Below are positions 8,456 through 18,622 of a DNA stretch of 64,000 nucleotides, piece by piece. Source of the stretch: Planctomycetota bacterium (GTDB lineage Bacteria; Planctomycetota; PLA2; JAEUHO01); NCBI GenBank assembly GCA_050248855.1, contig JBFWRP010000002.1, positions 128,001 through 192,000 of the forward strand. The letters run 5' to 3'. The notes beneath the pieces were generated by a model that searched no databases, had not been told where the DNA came from, and was given only the letters and a program-made list of their open reading frames with translations. Both the position numbers and the translations under genes were made by a program. Each line of letters starts with the position of its first letter. The first letter of the stretch is position 1.

Positions 8456-9250
8456 TCAGCCCCCGCGCTTGCGGGCTCGCACGTTGGCGCCGTGAGGGCC
8501 GACCTTGGGGTGGACCTCCGCGGACACCGACGTGCCGGCAAAGCAATCGAAGCGCTCGGTCAGCTCGATGTCCTCGAAGCCGAGTACCGCGAGCAAGGTC
8601 AGGAGCTCTGCCTCCGGCAGAGCGCCGGCAATTCAGGCGGCCCAGAGCCGCGGCTCCATCCGCTCGTGTTCGTGCAGGTCGTGATGGAGCAGCACGTCGG
8701 CCAGATGCAGTCGGCCGCCGGGCTTGAGCACGCGGTGGATCTCGGAGAACGCGCGCACCTTGTCCACGACGAGGTTGAGCACGCCGTTGGTCTGCACGAG
8801 ATCGACGCTGGACGAACCAAGCGGCAGCTCCTCGGCGAGGCCCGGTCGCACGTCCACGCGGGGCGCGAGGCCCAGCGCCCGTGCACCTTCGCGCGCACGC
8901 ATGCGCATCGTGGGTGTGGGGTCCACGCCGATCACCCGGCCGTGGGGCCCGAGGCGCTGCGCCGTGAGCAGCAGGTCGGTGCCCGTGCCGCAGCCGATGT
9001 CGAGGACGGTGGCGTCGGGATCGGGGATGCCCAGCCGATGCGGGTTGCCCACGCCCACGAAGGCACGGGTCGCGCTGGCCGGTAGCGTGGCGAGCTCGGC
9101 GGCGTCGTAGCCCAGCAGCGTCGCGGCGTACGCGGCGCCGTGGTTGAGATGTCCGACGCTCGTGGGGTCGGCTGCCAGGCGTTCATAGGTGTCGCGGACT
9201 GCCCGGCGCATGCGCGCCACGTCGAATCCGGGGGGACCGATCAGGGCCAT
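8456..9250 (-). CDS. ArsM-like SAM-dependent methyltransferase, predicted selenoprotein (UGA 8633-8635 read as Sec), 264 aa
   Basis: SAM motif VLDIGCGTG, plus GVGNP and RVLKPGG. After LWAA-UGA the frame continues IAGALPEAELLTLLAVLGFEDIELTERFDCFAG...RARKRGG-stop, matching the ArsM W-x-x-C-I-A-G-A-L motif. Confidence 0.85.
8605..8623 (-). promoter_or_regulatory. Putative bacterial SECIS hairpin
   Basis: mRNA reads UGA-auugccggc-gcucugcc-GGA-ggcagagc: a perfect 8-bp stem with a G-first apical loop 17 nt downstream of the UGA. Confidence 0.75.
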
Positions 9251-9316
9251 GGGGTGGCACCTCCAAGCGAGGTAACCCCCGGTTCCTTGGGTCTGGGGAC
9301 AGGCGAACCGCCGGGA

Positions 9317-12300
9317 TCAGGAGAGCGCGTCGCGAAGGAGGGCCACCCGGGTGGCCAGCCGTTCGCGAAGGGCCTTCGGCGCGCGGGCCACGTGGGCTTC
9401 GGCCAGCTGCCGCACGGCGGCGGGGAGGCGTTCGTCGTCGCTCCGCCGAGCCAGCTCGATGCCGAGGCGCAGGCGCGCGAGTGCGGGCAGCAGGGCCGCG
9501 TCGCGCTCCCACGCGATCCCCGCCCGCTGGAGGTTGCCGCCGAGCAGGAGGTCCAGCCAGAGACCGGCCTCGGCCACCACCGCCGGCAGCGGCGCGCGCT
9601 CGGCCAACGTCAGCGCCTCCTCCAGATGCGCCCGCGCCTCCTCGGGGCGACCGCAGCGCACGAGAAGGCCGCCAACCCGCACGGCGAGCAGCGCGCGCTG
9701 CAGGTCGAGGCCGCGGCGGCGCGTCTCGTCCAGGACCGCGGCATAGCCCGTCAGCGCGCCTTCCGCATCGCCGCGCGCATCGAGCAGCCCGGCGGCGGCC
9801 TGGGCGAGGTAGGCGCGCTCGCGGGGCACGCCGGCCCGCGCGGCGGCATCGTGCCCTTGCTCAAGCAGGGCTTCGGCCTCCTCGAAGGCACCCGTCCACG
9901 CGAACACGTTGGCCAGTGCCGGCACGACGCGCGCCACGATGGCCGGCAGCGGAACGCGCCCGATGAGCTCGCGTCCGCGCGCGGCGGTCTCCCACGCGGC
10001 GGCGACGTCGCCGAGAATCGACGTCGTCAGCGCGTGGGGAACCGTCAAGAGGGCGGCGATCTCCGGGTACCCGGAGCGCAATGCCACCCCGAGCGCGTGC
10101 TCGGTCTGCTCGCGCGCTTCGGCCACGCGCCCCAGGTTGAGCGCGGCTTGTACGATGCCCAGGTCGCTGCCGAGTGCCAGCCGCAGGTTGCCCAGCTCGC
10201 GGGCCAGGTCGCGCGAGCGCAGCAAGAGGCGCTCGGCCGTGGCAATGTCGCCTTGGAGGTTGGCCAGCTTGGCGAGCACCGCCGTCACGTACTGCTCCGC
10301 GGGCCGGTCGCCGTGGAGGTGCGTGATGGAGAGCGCGAGCTCCGCGAGGGGGCGAGCGTCCGCGTAGCGGCCCGACTCCACGTAGATCGCGGCGAGGATC
10401 ATCGCCGTGTGGCCGACCTGCGCCGCCGCGCCCGCCTCCCGCGCGATGTCGAGCGCGCGCTGCCCCGTCGCGAAGGCTTCCTCGTGGCGCCCCAGGTTGT
10501 AGTGCGACGTCGCGTGCGACGTCAGGGCCCGGGCCAGGCGCAACGGATCACCCGCCGCCTCGGCCAGCTCGGCGGCCTCGGTACTGATCTGCGCGCCCTC
10601 GGCGTGGCGCCCGGTGTGGCTGATGGCGGCGCCCAGGTGCTGCAGCACGTCCAGCTCGAGGATCCGATCGCCGACCTCGCGCGCCTCTCTTCGAGCCTGC
10701 TCGAGCTGCTGCACGATCTCGGTCGGGGGCGCGTGGCCATCCAGCGCCCGGCCCAGCTGGAAGCGCAGATGGGCGCGCAGCGACGCGGGCGCCTCGGGCA
10801 GGGCATCGAGGGCGCCGCGGGCCATGCGGGCCGCGCGCCGTCCCTCGGCAAGCTCCATCAGGTACTCGAGGCCGGCCAGGACGTAGGGGGCGGCGCGTTC
10901 GGGCGTGTCGCCGAGCAGGTGATGGCGGGCCAGCGCGTAGGCGAGGGCCCCGCTCGGCGCCGTGTCGGGGGGCAGGTGCCGCTCGGTCGCGGCGGCCAAC
11001 GCGCCGTGGTAGCCGGCGCGAAGCGCAGGCGGGATCTCGCCTTGCAGCACTTCTTGCACGAGATGGTGGTGGAAGCGGTAGCCCGCACCCTCGACCACGA
11101 GAAGACCGCGACTGCGCTCGAGACGATGCAGGGCCCGGAGGCCCGTGAGGCGGGGGAGCCCCGACGCTTCGCACACGACGACGGGATCGAAGCGGTAGCC
11201 GCAGCATGCAGCCACGGCGAGCAGGTCACGGTCGGCCTCGTCGAGCGTGGCCAGACGGGCCTCGACGAGCTCGCGCACGGAGCGGGGCACGTCGAGGTCG
11301 GGATCGCCGACTGCGCCGGTGCATGCACGCTCTCGCAGGCTGCGCGCGAACTCGAGGATGTAGTAGGGGTTCCCGTCGGAGAGGCGGAGCAGGGCGCGTG
11401 CGGCATCCGCCGGGGGCGTCGTCGGGCCCATCGCGTGGGCGAGAAGCTGCGCCGCCGCCTCGTCGCCGAGCGGAGGTACGTCGAGCACGGTCACGTGCGG
11501 CAGCGGGCGTAGGGCCTCGAGCAGGGCATCGCCCGCCCCCGGGCGCAACGTCCCGACGAGCAGGACGGCATCGTCCGCGAACGCATGCGCTTGCCGGCGG
11601 AACAGGTCGCGGCCCTCGTCCGAGGCGAAGTGCAGGTCCTCCACCACGAGAACCACGGGCTGCTCGCGGGCCAGCTCGTGCACGTGCCCGACGATCGAGG
11701 GCACCGGACCCACCGCACCCACGCCGGGCGCGTGGCCCGTGGCCAGGACGGCCGCGCCCGGGGAGGGGCCTTCGATCGTGTCGAGCCAGGCCTCGAGCAA
11801 GCGGCTCTTGCCCATGCCGGCCTCGCCGCGCAGGAGCAGGACGCGGCCCGTACCGGCCCGTACGTCCGCCCACACGGCATCGAGGATCGCGCGTTCGGCC
11901 TCGCGACCGGCGAACGCGACCGGAGCGTCGACGGCCCGCACGCGTCGGCCCTCCGTCGGCGGGCGACGCTCCCGCCACCACGGGTCGTCCTCGCCGACGC
12001 GCAGCCAGCGGGCGACATCCGCGGCACTGCTCGGCCGACGCGAAACATCGGGCTCGAGCAGCGTGGCGAGCACGGCTTCCAGGAACGGCGTGGCGTGCGG
12101 GACGACCTGGCGCAGCGGGCGCGGGCGACGCGTGGCCACCTTCCACGCCAGCACCGAGCCTGCCTCGTTCACCTCGGCGTGCTGCCCCGCCACCAGCTCG
12201 TAGAGCACCAGGCCCAACGCGTAGAGGTCGGCGCGGGCGTCCACGCGCCCTCCCCGCACCTGCTCGGGGGCCGCGTAGAGGAGCGAACCGACGAACTCGC

Positions 12301-13024
12301 CCGTCTGCGTGATGCGTTGGGTCTCCTCCCGCACGAGCGCAATGCCCAGGTCGGCGAGCTTGACCCGCTCGTCGGGAGTGAGGATGACGTTCTCGGGCTT
12401 GACGTCGCGATGCACGATGCCCGCGTCGTGGATCACGGCGAGGGCTTCCGCCACGGCGGCACCGATTTCGCGGACCAACCGTTCGCTGACGCCGCCGGTC
12501 TCGTCCAGCAGATCCCGCAGCGTCTCGCCCTCGACGTACTCGAGAAGCACGTACGGCAGCTCGTCGCCGTCGACTTCCGCCACGCCGGAGGCCAGCGTGC
12601 GCACGATGCCCTCGTGCTCGACGCGCTGGCCGGCCTCGATCTCGCGCAGGAAGCGTGCGAGGAAGCCGCTCCGCTCCAGCAGGTGGGGGTGCACGACCTT
12701 GAGCGCCCGGCGCTCCCCCGCGGCGTCGGTCACCTCGTAGACCCGGCCCATGCCGCCGCGGCCCAGCTCGCGCCGTACGGGGTACGGGCCGATCGACCTC
12801 GGTACGTCGTCGCGTCGGGACGAGGACGTGACAGCGCCAGGCGGGCCCTTGAGGCCCTCCATCATGGCCAGGACGGGGAAGAGGTCGGCGATGCGCTCGG
12901 CCAGGTCCGGGTGCCCGGCGGCGTACGCCTCGGGCGTGACGCTCTCGCCCGCACGCAGCCGTCGGACGTAGTCCTCGGCCAGCTCGTCGATCAGCTCGGG
13001 TTCGTCGCCGGCCACGCGGGCCAT
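9317..13024 (-). CDS. Ser/Thr protein kinase + AAA/STAND-like ATPase + TPR protein
   Basis: Kinase motifs LGRGGMGRVY, ALK, HRDVKPEN, DLG and YAAPEQ. Walker A GEAGMGKS, Walker B VVEDLH, GNPYY, and C-terminal TPRs. Confidence 0.93.
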   Translation of the reverse strand: MARVAGDEPELIDELAEDYVRRLRAGESVTPEAYAAGHPDLAERIADLFPVLAMMEGLKGPPGAVTSSSRRDDVPRSIGPYPVRRELGRGGMGRVYEVTDAAGERRALKVVHPHLLERSGFLARFLREIEAGQRVEHEGIVRTLASGVAEVDGDELPYVLLEYVEGETLRDLLDETGGVSERLVREIGAAVAEALAVIHDAGIVHRDVKPENVILTPDERVKLADLGIALVREETQRITQTGEFVGSLLYAAPEQVRGGRVDARADLYALGLVLYELVAGQHAEVNEAGSVLAWKVATRRPRPLRQVVPHATPFLEAVLATLLEPDVSRRPSSAADVARWLRVGEDDPWWRERRPPTEGRRVRAVDAPVAFAGREAERAILDAVWADVRAGTGRVLLLRGEAGMGKSRLLEAWLDTIEGPSPGAAVLATGHAPGVGAVGPVPSIVGHVHELAREQPVVLVVEDLHFASDEGRDLFRRQAHAFADDAVLLVGTLRPGAGDALLEALRPLPHVTVLDVPPLGDEAAAQLLAHAMGPTTPPADAARALLRLSDGNPYYILEFARSLRERACTGAVGDPDLDVPRSVRELVEARLATLDEADRDLLAVAACCGYRFDPVVVCEASGLPRLTGLRALHRLERSRGLLVVEGAGYRFHHHLVQEVLQGEIPPALRAGYHGALAAATERHLPPDTAPSGALAYALARHHLLGDTPERAAPYVLAGLEYLMELAEGRRAARMARGALDALPEAPASLRAHLRFQLGRALDGHAPPTEIVQQLEQARREAREVGDRILELDVLQHLGAAISHTGRHAEGAQISTEAAELAEAAGDPLRLARALTSHATSHYNLGRHEEAFATGQRALDIAREAGAAAQVGHTAMILAAIYVESGRYADARPLAELALSITHLHGDRPAEQYVTAVLAKLANLQGDIATAERLLLRSRDLARELGNLRLALGSDLGIVQAALNLGRVAEAREQTEHALGVALRSGYPEIAALLTVPHALTTSILGDVAAAWETAARGRELIGRVPLPAIVARVVPALANVFAWTGAFEEAEALLEQGHDAAARAGVPRERAYLAQAAAGLLDARGDAEGALTGYAAVLDETRRRGLDLQRALLAVRVGGLLVRCGRPEEARAHLEEALTLAERAPLPAVVAEAGLWLDLLLGGNLQRAGIAWERDAALLPALARLRLGIELARRSDDERLPAAVRQLAEAHVARAPKALRERLATRVALLRDALS

Positions 13025-13086
13025 GGAAGCTGCGGGGCGGATCGATCGCAAGCGCCGACGCGCAGGCAATCGCGTATGCTCCCCGC

Positions 13087-13734
13087 GTGGACGGCGAGCG
13101 CACCCCGGACCCGGACCTGTCGCACTTGCAGCAAGCCGGGGAGGACCGGGCCGCGCGGCAGGCGCGCTTGGGCGAGCTCTTCGAGAAGCATCGCGCCCGT
13201 CTCGTGAAGATGATCCAGCTGCGCATGGACCCCGCGCTCAAGGCGCGTCTGGGCGCCTCGGACGTCTTGCAGGAGGCCTACCTCGAGATCGCCGAGCGCA
13301 TCGACGACTACCTCGACGATCCGAAGATGACGTTCTTCCTGTGGATCCGCTTCATCACGGCGCAGCGCCTGCTCAAGCTCTACCGCTTCCATGCCGGCGC
13401 CAAGAAGCGGGACATGCGGCGCGAGCTGCGCGTGGCACCTTCCGTGGGGCCGGATGCGACATCGATCGCCTTGGTGGACCACTTGGTGGCGTCCGGCGTC
13501 ACGCCCAGCGGCGTCATGGCCCAGGGGGAGATGCAGGGCGCCCTGCTCCAGGCCTTGGAGAGTCTGGAACCCATCGACCGCGAAGTGCTGGCCCTCCGGC
13601 ACTTCGAGGAGCTCGACAACGCCGAGGTGGCGCGCGTGCTCGAGATCCCCCCGAACACCGCGAGCAAGCGCTACGTGCGCGCGCTCGAGCGCCTGGCCAA
13701 GGTCGTCCAGGGCGGAGCCTTGGGCGCTCGTTGA
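13087..13734 (+). CDS. ECF-type sigma-70 factor (planctomycete kinase-associated type)
   Basis: Region 2 RMDPALKARLGASDVLQEAY...FLWIRFI and region 4 DREVLALRHFEELDNAEVARVL...ASKRYVRALERL. Confidence 0.9.
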   Translation: MDGERTPDPDLSHLQQAGEDRAARQARLGELFEKHRARLVKMIQLRMDPALKARLGASDVLQEAYLEIAERIDDYLDDPKMTFFLWIRFITAQRLLKLYRFHAGAKKRDMRRELRVAPSVGPDATSIALVDHLVASGVTPSGVMAQGEMQGALLQALESLEPIDREVLALRHFEELDNAEVARVLEIPPNTASKRYVRALERLAKVVQGGALGAR

Positions 13735-13840
13735 TGCGGGACGTCAGGCGCCAAGCCCCCGTCCCCGCCTTGCCCGCGGTCTGCCGGGCGCCGATGCTCC
13801 ATGGCGGGCGGGCCGTCGTTCCGTCCGGCTCGGAGCAAGC

Positions 13841-14605
13841 ATGGGCAACGTGTTGAAGATCCTGGGTCTCGTGTTCCTGGTCCTGATCGTGGGGTTCGTC
13901 GGGCTCCTCGTGTGGTCGCACGGGAAGGGCGAGTCCACCCAGGAGCGGTTCTATGCCGCCGTGGACAGCGGCGACCCGCAGCAGGTGCTCGCGCTGTTCG
14001 ACCCGCTCCTGGTGGAGAAGGTGGACGCACCCGTGCTGGCGCTCTGGATGAAGGCCGTTCACGACCACCTGGGCCGCTTCAAGGGCTTGGCCAAGAGCAA
14101 GTTCTCGACGTCCTCGTCCACGGAGAACGGGCACGACCGGCTCGAGAGCTCCGGCCGGATCGAGTTCGAGAAGGGCGAGGGCGAAAGCAAGCTCGTGTTC
14201 CTCGACGACAAGGTCATCGCCTTCGAGCTGCGCGCCGAGGCCCTGCCCCAACCGTGGTTCACGCAGGCGCCCGACCTGGCGCTCTACAAGGAGCGCGCCG
14301 AGGTGCTGCTACGCGCCCTGCTCGCCGGTGAGCGCGAGCTGGCGTTGCGCACGATGCACGAGAACCTGCGCAAGCAGGTCGAGGGAGGGCCGGGTTTCGA
14401 CGGCGCCGAGCGCCTGGGCGATCAAGTCGGCGAGATCTCCGACATGACCGTGGTGGAGGAGAGCTTCTCGGCCGAGGGCACGCCGTCGCTGGACCTGCGC
14501 TACACGATCCTGGGCGCGAAGGGCCGCGCGATCGGCCGCGTCGGCTTCCAGTTCACGCCGTGGCGCGGCGAGCTCGTCTCGTTCGACGTGAAGCCCGCCC
14601 CGTAG
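13841..14605 (+). CDS. Membrane-anchored hypothetical protein
   Basis: GGAG RBS and N-terminal TM helix (ILGLVFLVLIVGFVGLLVW). Typical codon usage. Confidence 0.8.
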   Translation: MGNVLKILGLVFLVLIVGFVGLLVWSHGKGESTQERFYAAVDSGDPQQVLALFDPLLVEKVDAPVLALWMKAVHDHLGRFKGLAKSKFSTSSSTENGHDRLESSGRIEFEKGEGESKLVFLDDKVIAFELRAEALPQPWFTQAPDLALYKERAEVLLRALLAGERELALRTMHENLRKQVEGGPGFDGAERLGDQVGEISDMTVVEESFSAEGTPSLDLRYTILGAKGRAIGRVGFQFTPWRGELVSFDVKPAP

Positions 14606-14706
14606 CGTGGCCGCGCGGCGACAGGGGACCGGGTCGCGCGTAGCCTGGGGACGCGCGGCCTGACCGGCCGAGCGGGTCGGTGCCCGCCGCGTGCGAGGAG
14701 CGCGCC

Positions 14707-14952
14707 ATGGGCTCGATCGAAGCGTGGACCCGGTTCTTCGGCTGGTGCACGGTCCTGAACCTGGGCATGTACCTGGTCTCGGTGGTGGCCGTGCTGACGA
14801 TGCGCGGGTTCGTCGTCCGGCGCAACGTGCGGTGGTTTGGTGTCGGCGAAGACGAGGTGTTGCGCACGACGTTCCGCTGGATCGCGGCCTACAAGCTCGC
14901 GATCGTCGTCCTGGCCTTCGTGCCGTGGCTGGCGCTCACACTGATGGCGTGA
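14707..14952 (+). CDS. Small two-TM membrane protein (DUF6868-like)
   Basis: GAGGAG RBS. Pattern FFGWCTVLNLG...YKLAIVVLAFVPWLAL recalled as DUF6868-like. Confidence 0.75.
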   Translation: MGSIEAWTRFFGWCTVLNLGMYLVSVVAVLTMRGFVVRRNVRWFGVGEDEVLRTTFRWIAAYKLAIVVLAFVPWLALTLMA

Positions 14953-14964
14953 CGCACGCTCGAT

Positions 14965-16473
14965 TCAGCGAAGTGCCGGATGGCCGCGCAGCCAGCGGCG
15001 CACCCGCCGGGCGAGCGTCTCCGCGTCCATCTGCAAGACGTCACGAAAGATCGCGTCGGCGTCGTGGCTCGTGCAGCACGCCTTGGCCATCGCATCGACG
15101 CACTCCGGCCGGCCCTCCAGCAGGTAGCCGGCCAGGGCCCAGGCGACGACGATGTCCGTGGAGGTCAAGGCGTTCGTGCGTGCCGTCATCAGGCGCCGGA
15201 GGCGCGCGGCGCCTTGGTCCCGAAGCAGCTTCTGGGCCACCTCCGACCACTCGGTCATGTCGTCGGAGAGCTCGATGTCCTTGGTCTCGGCGCCGGGGAG
15301 CTGCGTGTCGTCGGTGGTCAGCGTGCCGGGCAGTCGCGAGCGGGTCAGGTAGGTCGCCAGCCAGCGCTCGAGCCCGTAACGCATCCAGGCCACGGCGTGG
15401 GGTGGGTAGTCCCGCTCGACACGGTTCAGCCAGTTCCACGCGCAACGGCCCAGGGCGTAGCTGAGACCGCACGTGTTGCGTAGCGCGTCGTTGCCGTACC
15501 ACGCGACGACGAGGTCGTCGTCCAGCACCAGGGCGCCGAAGCTGCCGGCCCGCGCGATGTCCTCGGCGGACGCCGACCTGGGGTTCGCCTTCATCCAGTC
15601 CACGGCTTGATCCCGGTCCTGGAAGAGGATCAGCTCCGTCGGGAAGGTCGGCACCTTCTCGAGACCTAAGGCGCGGGCGCCCAGGTCGCTCCCCAAGACC
15701 ATCAGCCGCAAGGCGTTGGCGCCTTCGGTGTAGGTCCTGCGCAGCACGGGGATGCCGGGGGTCGTGGGCGCGGGCCTCGGGGCCTCGTAGACGCGGCGCG
15801 ACGTCCACGTGTGGACCGCGCCGGGGTTGCGGGCGTCACCCCAGGGCTCCGTCACGACCCCGCGGGCCAGCTGGACGGCGAGCTCGCGGGTGGGCTCGAG
15901 CAGCTCGGCGCGGATGTCCCGCGTCGAGGCGTGCTCGGGCATCTGCCACACGTCGTCGATCAGCTCGTCGCCCAGTGCCCTGCGCGCCGTCTCGTCGTGG
16001 GCGTCGGCCTCGACGATCTCCTCCATCACGTCGAGGCGCTGGGCGTCGGTCAGCTCGGGGTGGGCGGCCACGAGCGCGAGCAGCACGTCACGGAAGGTGG
16101 CGTGGGCTTCGTGGCGCTTGGCCTCTGCTTCGGGCAGGAGCGACTCGTCCTTGTCCGGGGGCGGCTCGTAGGGGTTGCTCGTGTCCCAGGTCTTGGTCTT
16201 GGCATCCCAGCGATGGCGCAGCGCGCTACGCGCTTGGCGGTTGCCGGGATCCTGCGCCAGGATCTCCCGCAACACGTCCACACGCCAGGTGAACAGCTTG
16301 TTGTCACGTGCCCAGGACGCCACGCGGTGCAGGTCCTTGACGAGCTGCTTGCGGGCCGCCTCGACCTGCTTGTCCACGGGCGAAGCCCGGTCGTCGGCGT
16401 GCGCGAACAGGCCCGAGACGAGCAGGAGACCGGCCAGACATGCTGCGCGTGCTGCGGCGCCTGCGTGATGCAT
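14965..16473 (-). CDS. Secreted hypothetical protein (possible zincin-like helical C-terminal region without HExxH)
   Basis: Signal peptide ending AHA-DD and GGAG RBS. Segment AWMRYGLERWL...AWALAGYL. About 500 aa. Confidence 0.75.
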   Translation of the reverse strand: MHHAGAAARAACLAGLLLVSGLFAHADDRASPVDKQVEAARKQLVKDLHRVASWARDNKLFTWRVDVLREILAQDPGNRQARSALRHRWDAKTKTWDTSNPYEPPPDKDESLLPEAEAKRHEAHATFRDVLLALVAAHPELTDAQRLDVMEEIVEADAHDETARRALGDELIDDVWQMPEHASTRDIRAELLEPTRELAVQLARGVVTEPWGDARNPGAVHTWTSRRVYEAPRPAPTTPGIPVLRRTYTEGANALRLMVLGSDLGARALGLEKVPTFPTELILFQDRDQAVDWMKANPRSASAEDIARAGSFGALVLDDDLVVAWYGNDALRNTCGLSYALGRCAWNWLNRVERDYPPHAVAWMRYGLERWLATYLTRSRLPGTLTTDDTQLPGAETKDIELSDDMTEWSEVAQKLLRDQGAARLRRLMTARTNALTSTDIVVAWALAGYLLEGRPECVDAMAKACCTSHDADAIFRDVLQMDAETLARRVRRWLRGHPALR

Positions 16474-16507
16474 CTGCTCCCCCTGTCGACCCCGCCGCAT
16501 CGTCGGC

Positions 16508-18622
16508 TCAGCAGTTCACGTCCAGCAACATCTGCACGTAGTCCTGGAACGCCGGGAAGCTGGCAAAGGCCGGGTCGGTCTGGAGCGCTTGGAGCTCGGT
16601 GCAGAACCACGGCCCGGCGATGGGGAAGGCCTCCGGGTGCGAGGGATCGCTGCACCAGATCAGGTAGGAGCAGAGGATCCAGAGGCGCTGCCGCATGCGA
16701 TTCAGCTCGCCCACGCGATCGTGCATGGGGCCGTCGCGGACGTCGCCGGCGAACTCGAGGCGCTTGTCCTCGAGCTGGGCTTCCTTGGCCGCACGCATGG
16801 CGCGTAGCGCCTCGAGCTCGGCCTCGAGCTGCGCTGCGGCCGCCTCGCAGTCCGCCCGGGCCTGCACTTCCGTGGGCGTGAGGATCGAGTCGTCGCGGTC
16901 GAAGAGGTAGTCGATGATGCGGTCGATCTCGTCCTGCGTGGCGTTCTCGAAGCCCTCCAGGGCCGGGATGAACAGCTCGAGCGCATCGCGTTGCAGGCCC
17001 TTCAGGCAGTCGGCGTACTGGGCCCAGGCTTGCGCGAAGACGGCGATCTCACCGGGCGTGAAGCCCTCGGCCGTCCGCCGTGCGGCCTCGTGCGCCTGGG
17101 CCTCAGCCACCGCCTGGTCCCAGGTGGCGCCGTCGGACAGGGCCGTGGCGATCCAGCGCTGGAAGTCGGTCTGCTCCTCGGGCGTGACGGGGATGACCGT
17201 GTTGTCCGGGAACACGACGGTGATCAGGCAGCTCGCGCGCACGCGGGACCAGAAGCCGCCGAGCGTGACGAGCTGGTCCCAGAGGGCGTTCGCCCACGGG
17301 ATCGTGGACACGACGAGCGGCTTGGCGGCCTCGACGGCCTCCCACGCGTCGTACGCGTCGCTCATCTGCTGCTCGAGGTCGTCGATGTCCTGTTGCAGCG
17401 CCTGCGCCGGACCGTTGCAGGCGTCGTAGGCCGCTTGCACGTCGGGATCGTGGAACGTCACGCCCTCGACCCACGCCCAGCGGAAGCCCCTCAGCGTCTC
17501 GCGGTCGGCGTTCCAGTCGTCAAGCCCCTGCTGCCAGCTGGCCTCGAGCGAGGTCTTCAGGGCCTCGATGGCGGGTCCCTCGAGGTCGCACCCGCTGGTC
17601 GGCTCGGGGGGCGTCCCGGTGGAGCCGTCGGTGGGGTCCGGCGGCAGGTCGGGCGGTTGCGGGGCCGGGAAGGGCCACGGGCGCACGGGCGGGGGCGTGA
17701 ACGTGCCGCCGGGGAACAGCGGCGGGTCGGGATCCGGGATGATCGTAGGGGGCGGGTCATCCTTCGTCGGGGGCGGCAAGGGCTCTTCGGGCGGCTTGTC
17801 CGGGATCCACGGCAGGAGACCGCGCACGAAGACGACGTGGGGAGCGGCCGTCCCGCAGGCTGCAAGGCGCGCCAGATGCCAGCGGCCGTCCTGCAGGCGG
17901 TCCACCACGAACGCCTCGTAGTGGAGGCGGTTGACGTCGCCGCGCAGGCACAGGTCCCAGGTGCTGCCCACAGCCGGCGCACCCGCCGCGAAGAGGGCCA
18001 CGAGCTGGTCGACGTGGGGATCGTGCAAGCGGGGCAGCTGGTCGAGGGGCAGCGCGTGCGCGTGCACCTCGGTCACGGTCTTCGCGTCGAGGTCGATGAC
18101 GAGGACGTAATGCACCTCGTGGAACACGAGGCCGGCGTGGTTCACCGTCGGCAGGAAGTCGCGCGCGAGGAACACGCGGTTGCCGGCGCCGGTGCCCGCG
18201 TCGATCTGCGTGCGAACCGAGGCATCGGTCTCGCGCGCCAGGACCTGGTCGAGGATCAGCGTGTACAGCCCCGGATCCTCGTCGCGGATGACGGTGAGAT
18301 TGAACAGGTTGGGCCAGACGTGGAAGACTTCGTAGCGCAGGACGTCGTTGTCCGGATGCACGAAGGGGGCGTTCATGTCCGCCACCTTGGCCGGCGCGTT
18401 CTCGATCAGCGTCCGCACGAACGCCGTGGGCCAGCTGCTGGACGTGGCGATCTCGTAGGCAACGTCCGTCAGGAGGTGGCCGATGCCTGCGCTGAAGGGA
18501 TGAAGCGCTGCGGCGCGCGGCTCGGCGGCCGGCGCCTTGCGACCTCCGCCCCCGCCGCAGGCGACCAGCGCGGCCAGGCTGGCAAGAACGACGAGGCAGC
18601 GGACGGCCTTCGCGTGACGCAC
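16508..18622 (-). CDS. Large lipoprotein with Pro-rich linker and Cys-containing coiled-coil C-terminal region
   Basis: Lipobox LVAC followed by a Gly run, a long Pro-rich linker and heptad-rich helices. Confidence 0.8.
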   Translation of the reverse strand: MRHAKAVRCLVVLASLAALVACGGGGGRKAPAAEPRAAALHPFSAGIGHLLTDVAYEIATSSSWPTAFVRTLIENAPAKVADMNAPFVHPDNDVLRYEVFHVWPNLFNLTVIRDEDPGLYTLILDQVLARETDASVRTQIDAGTGAGNRVFLARDFLPTVNHAGLVFHEVHYVLVIDLDAKTVTEVHAHALPLDQLPRLHDPHVDQLVALFAAGAPAVGSTWDLCLRGDVNRLHYEAFVVDRLQDGRWHLARLAACGTAAPHVVFVRGLLPWIPDKPPEEPLPPPTKDDPPPTIIPDPDPPLFPGGTFTPPPVRPWPFPAPQPPDLPPDPTDGSTGTPPEPTSGCDLEGPAIEALKTSLEASWQQGLDDWNADRETLRGFRWAWVEGVTFHDPDVQAAYDACNGPAQALQQDIDDLEQQMSDAYDAWEAVEAAKPLVVSTIPWANALWDQLVTLGGFWSRVRASCLITVVFPDNTVIPVTPEEQTDFQRWIATALSDGATWDQAVAEAQAHEAARRTAEGFTPGEIAVFAQAWAQYADCLKGLQRDALELFIPALEGFENATQDEIDRIIDYLFDRDDSILTPTEVQARADCEAAAAQLEAELEALRAMRAAKEAQLEDKRLEFAGDVRDGPMHDRVGELNRMRQRLWILCSYLIWCSDPSHPEAFPIAGPWFCTELQALQTDPAFASFPAFQDYVQMLLDVNC

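Noticed and set aside
8633..9250. Truncated methyltransferase pseudogene
   Set aside because: The stop falls exactly on the conserved Cys position, is followed by a SECIS-like stem, and the downstream frame is intact, all of which favours recoding.
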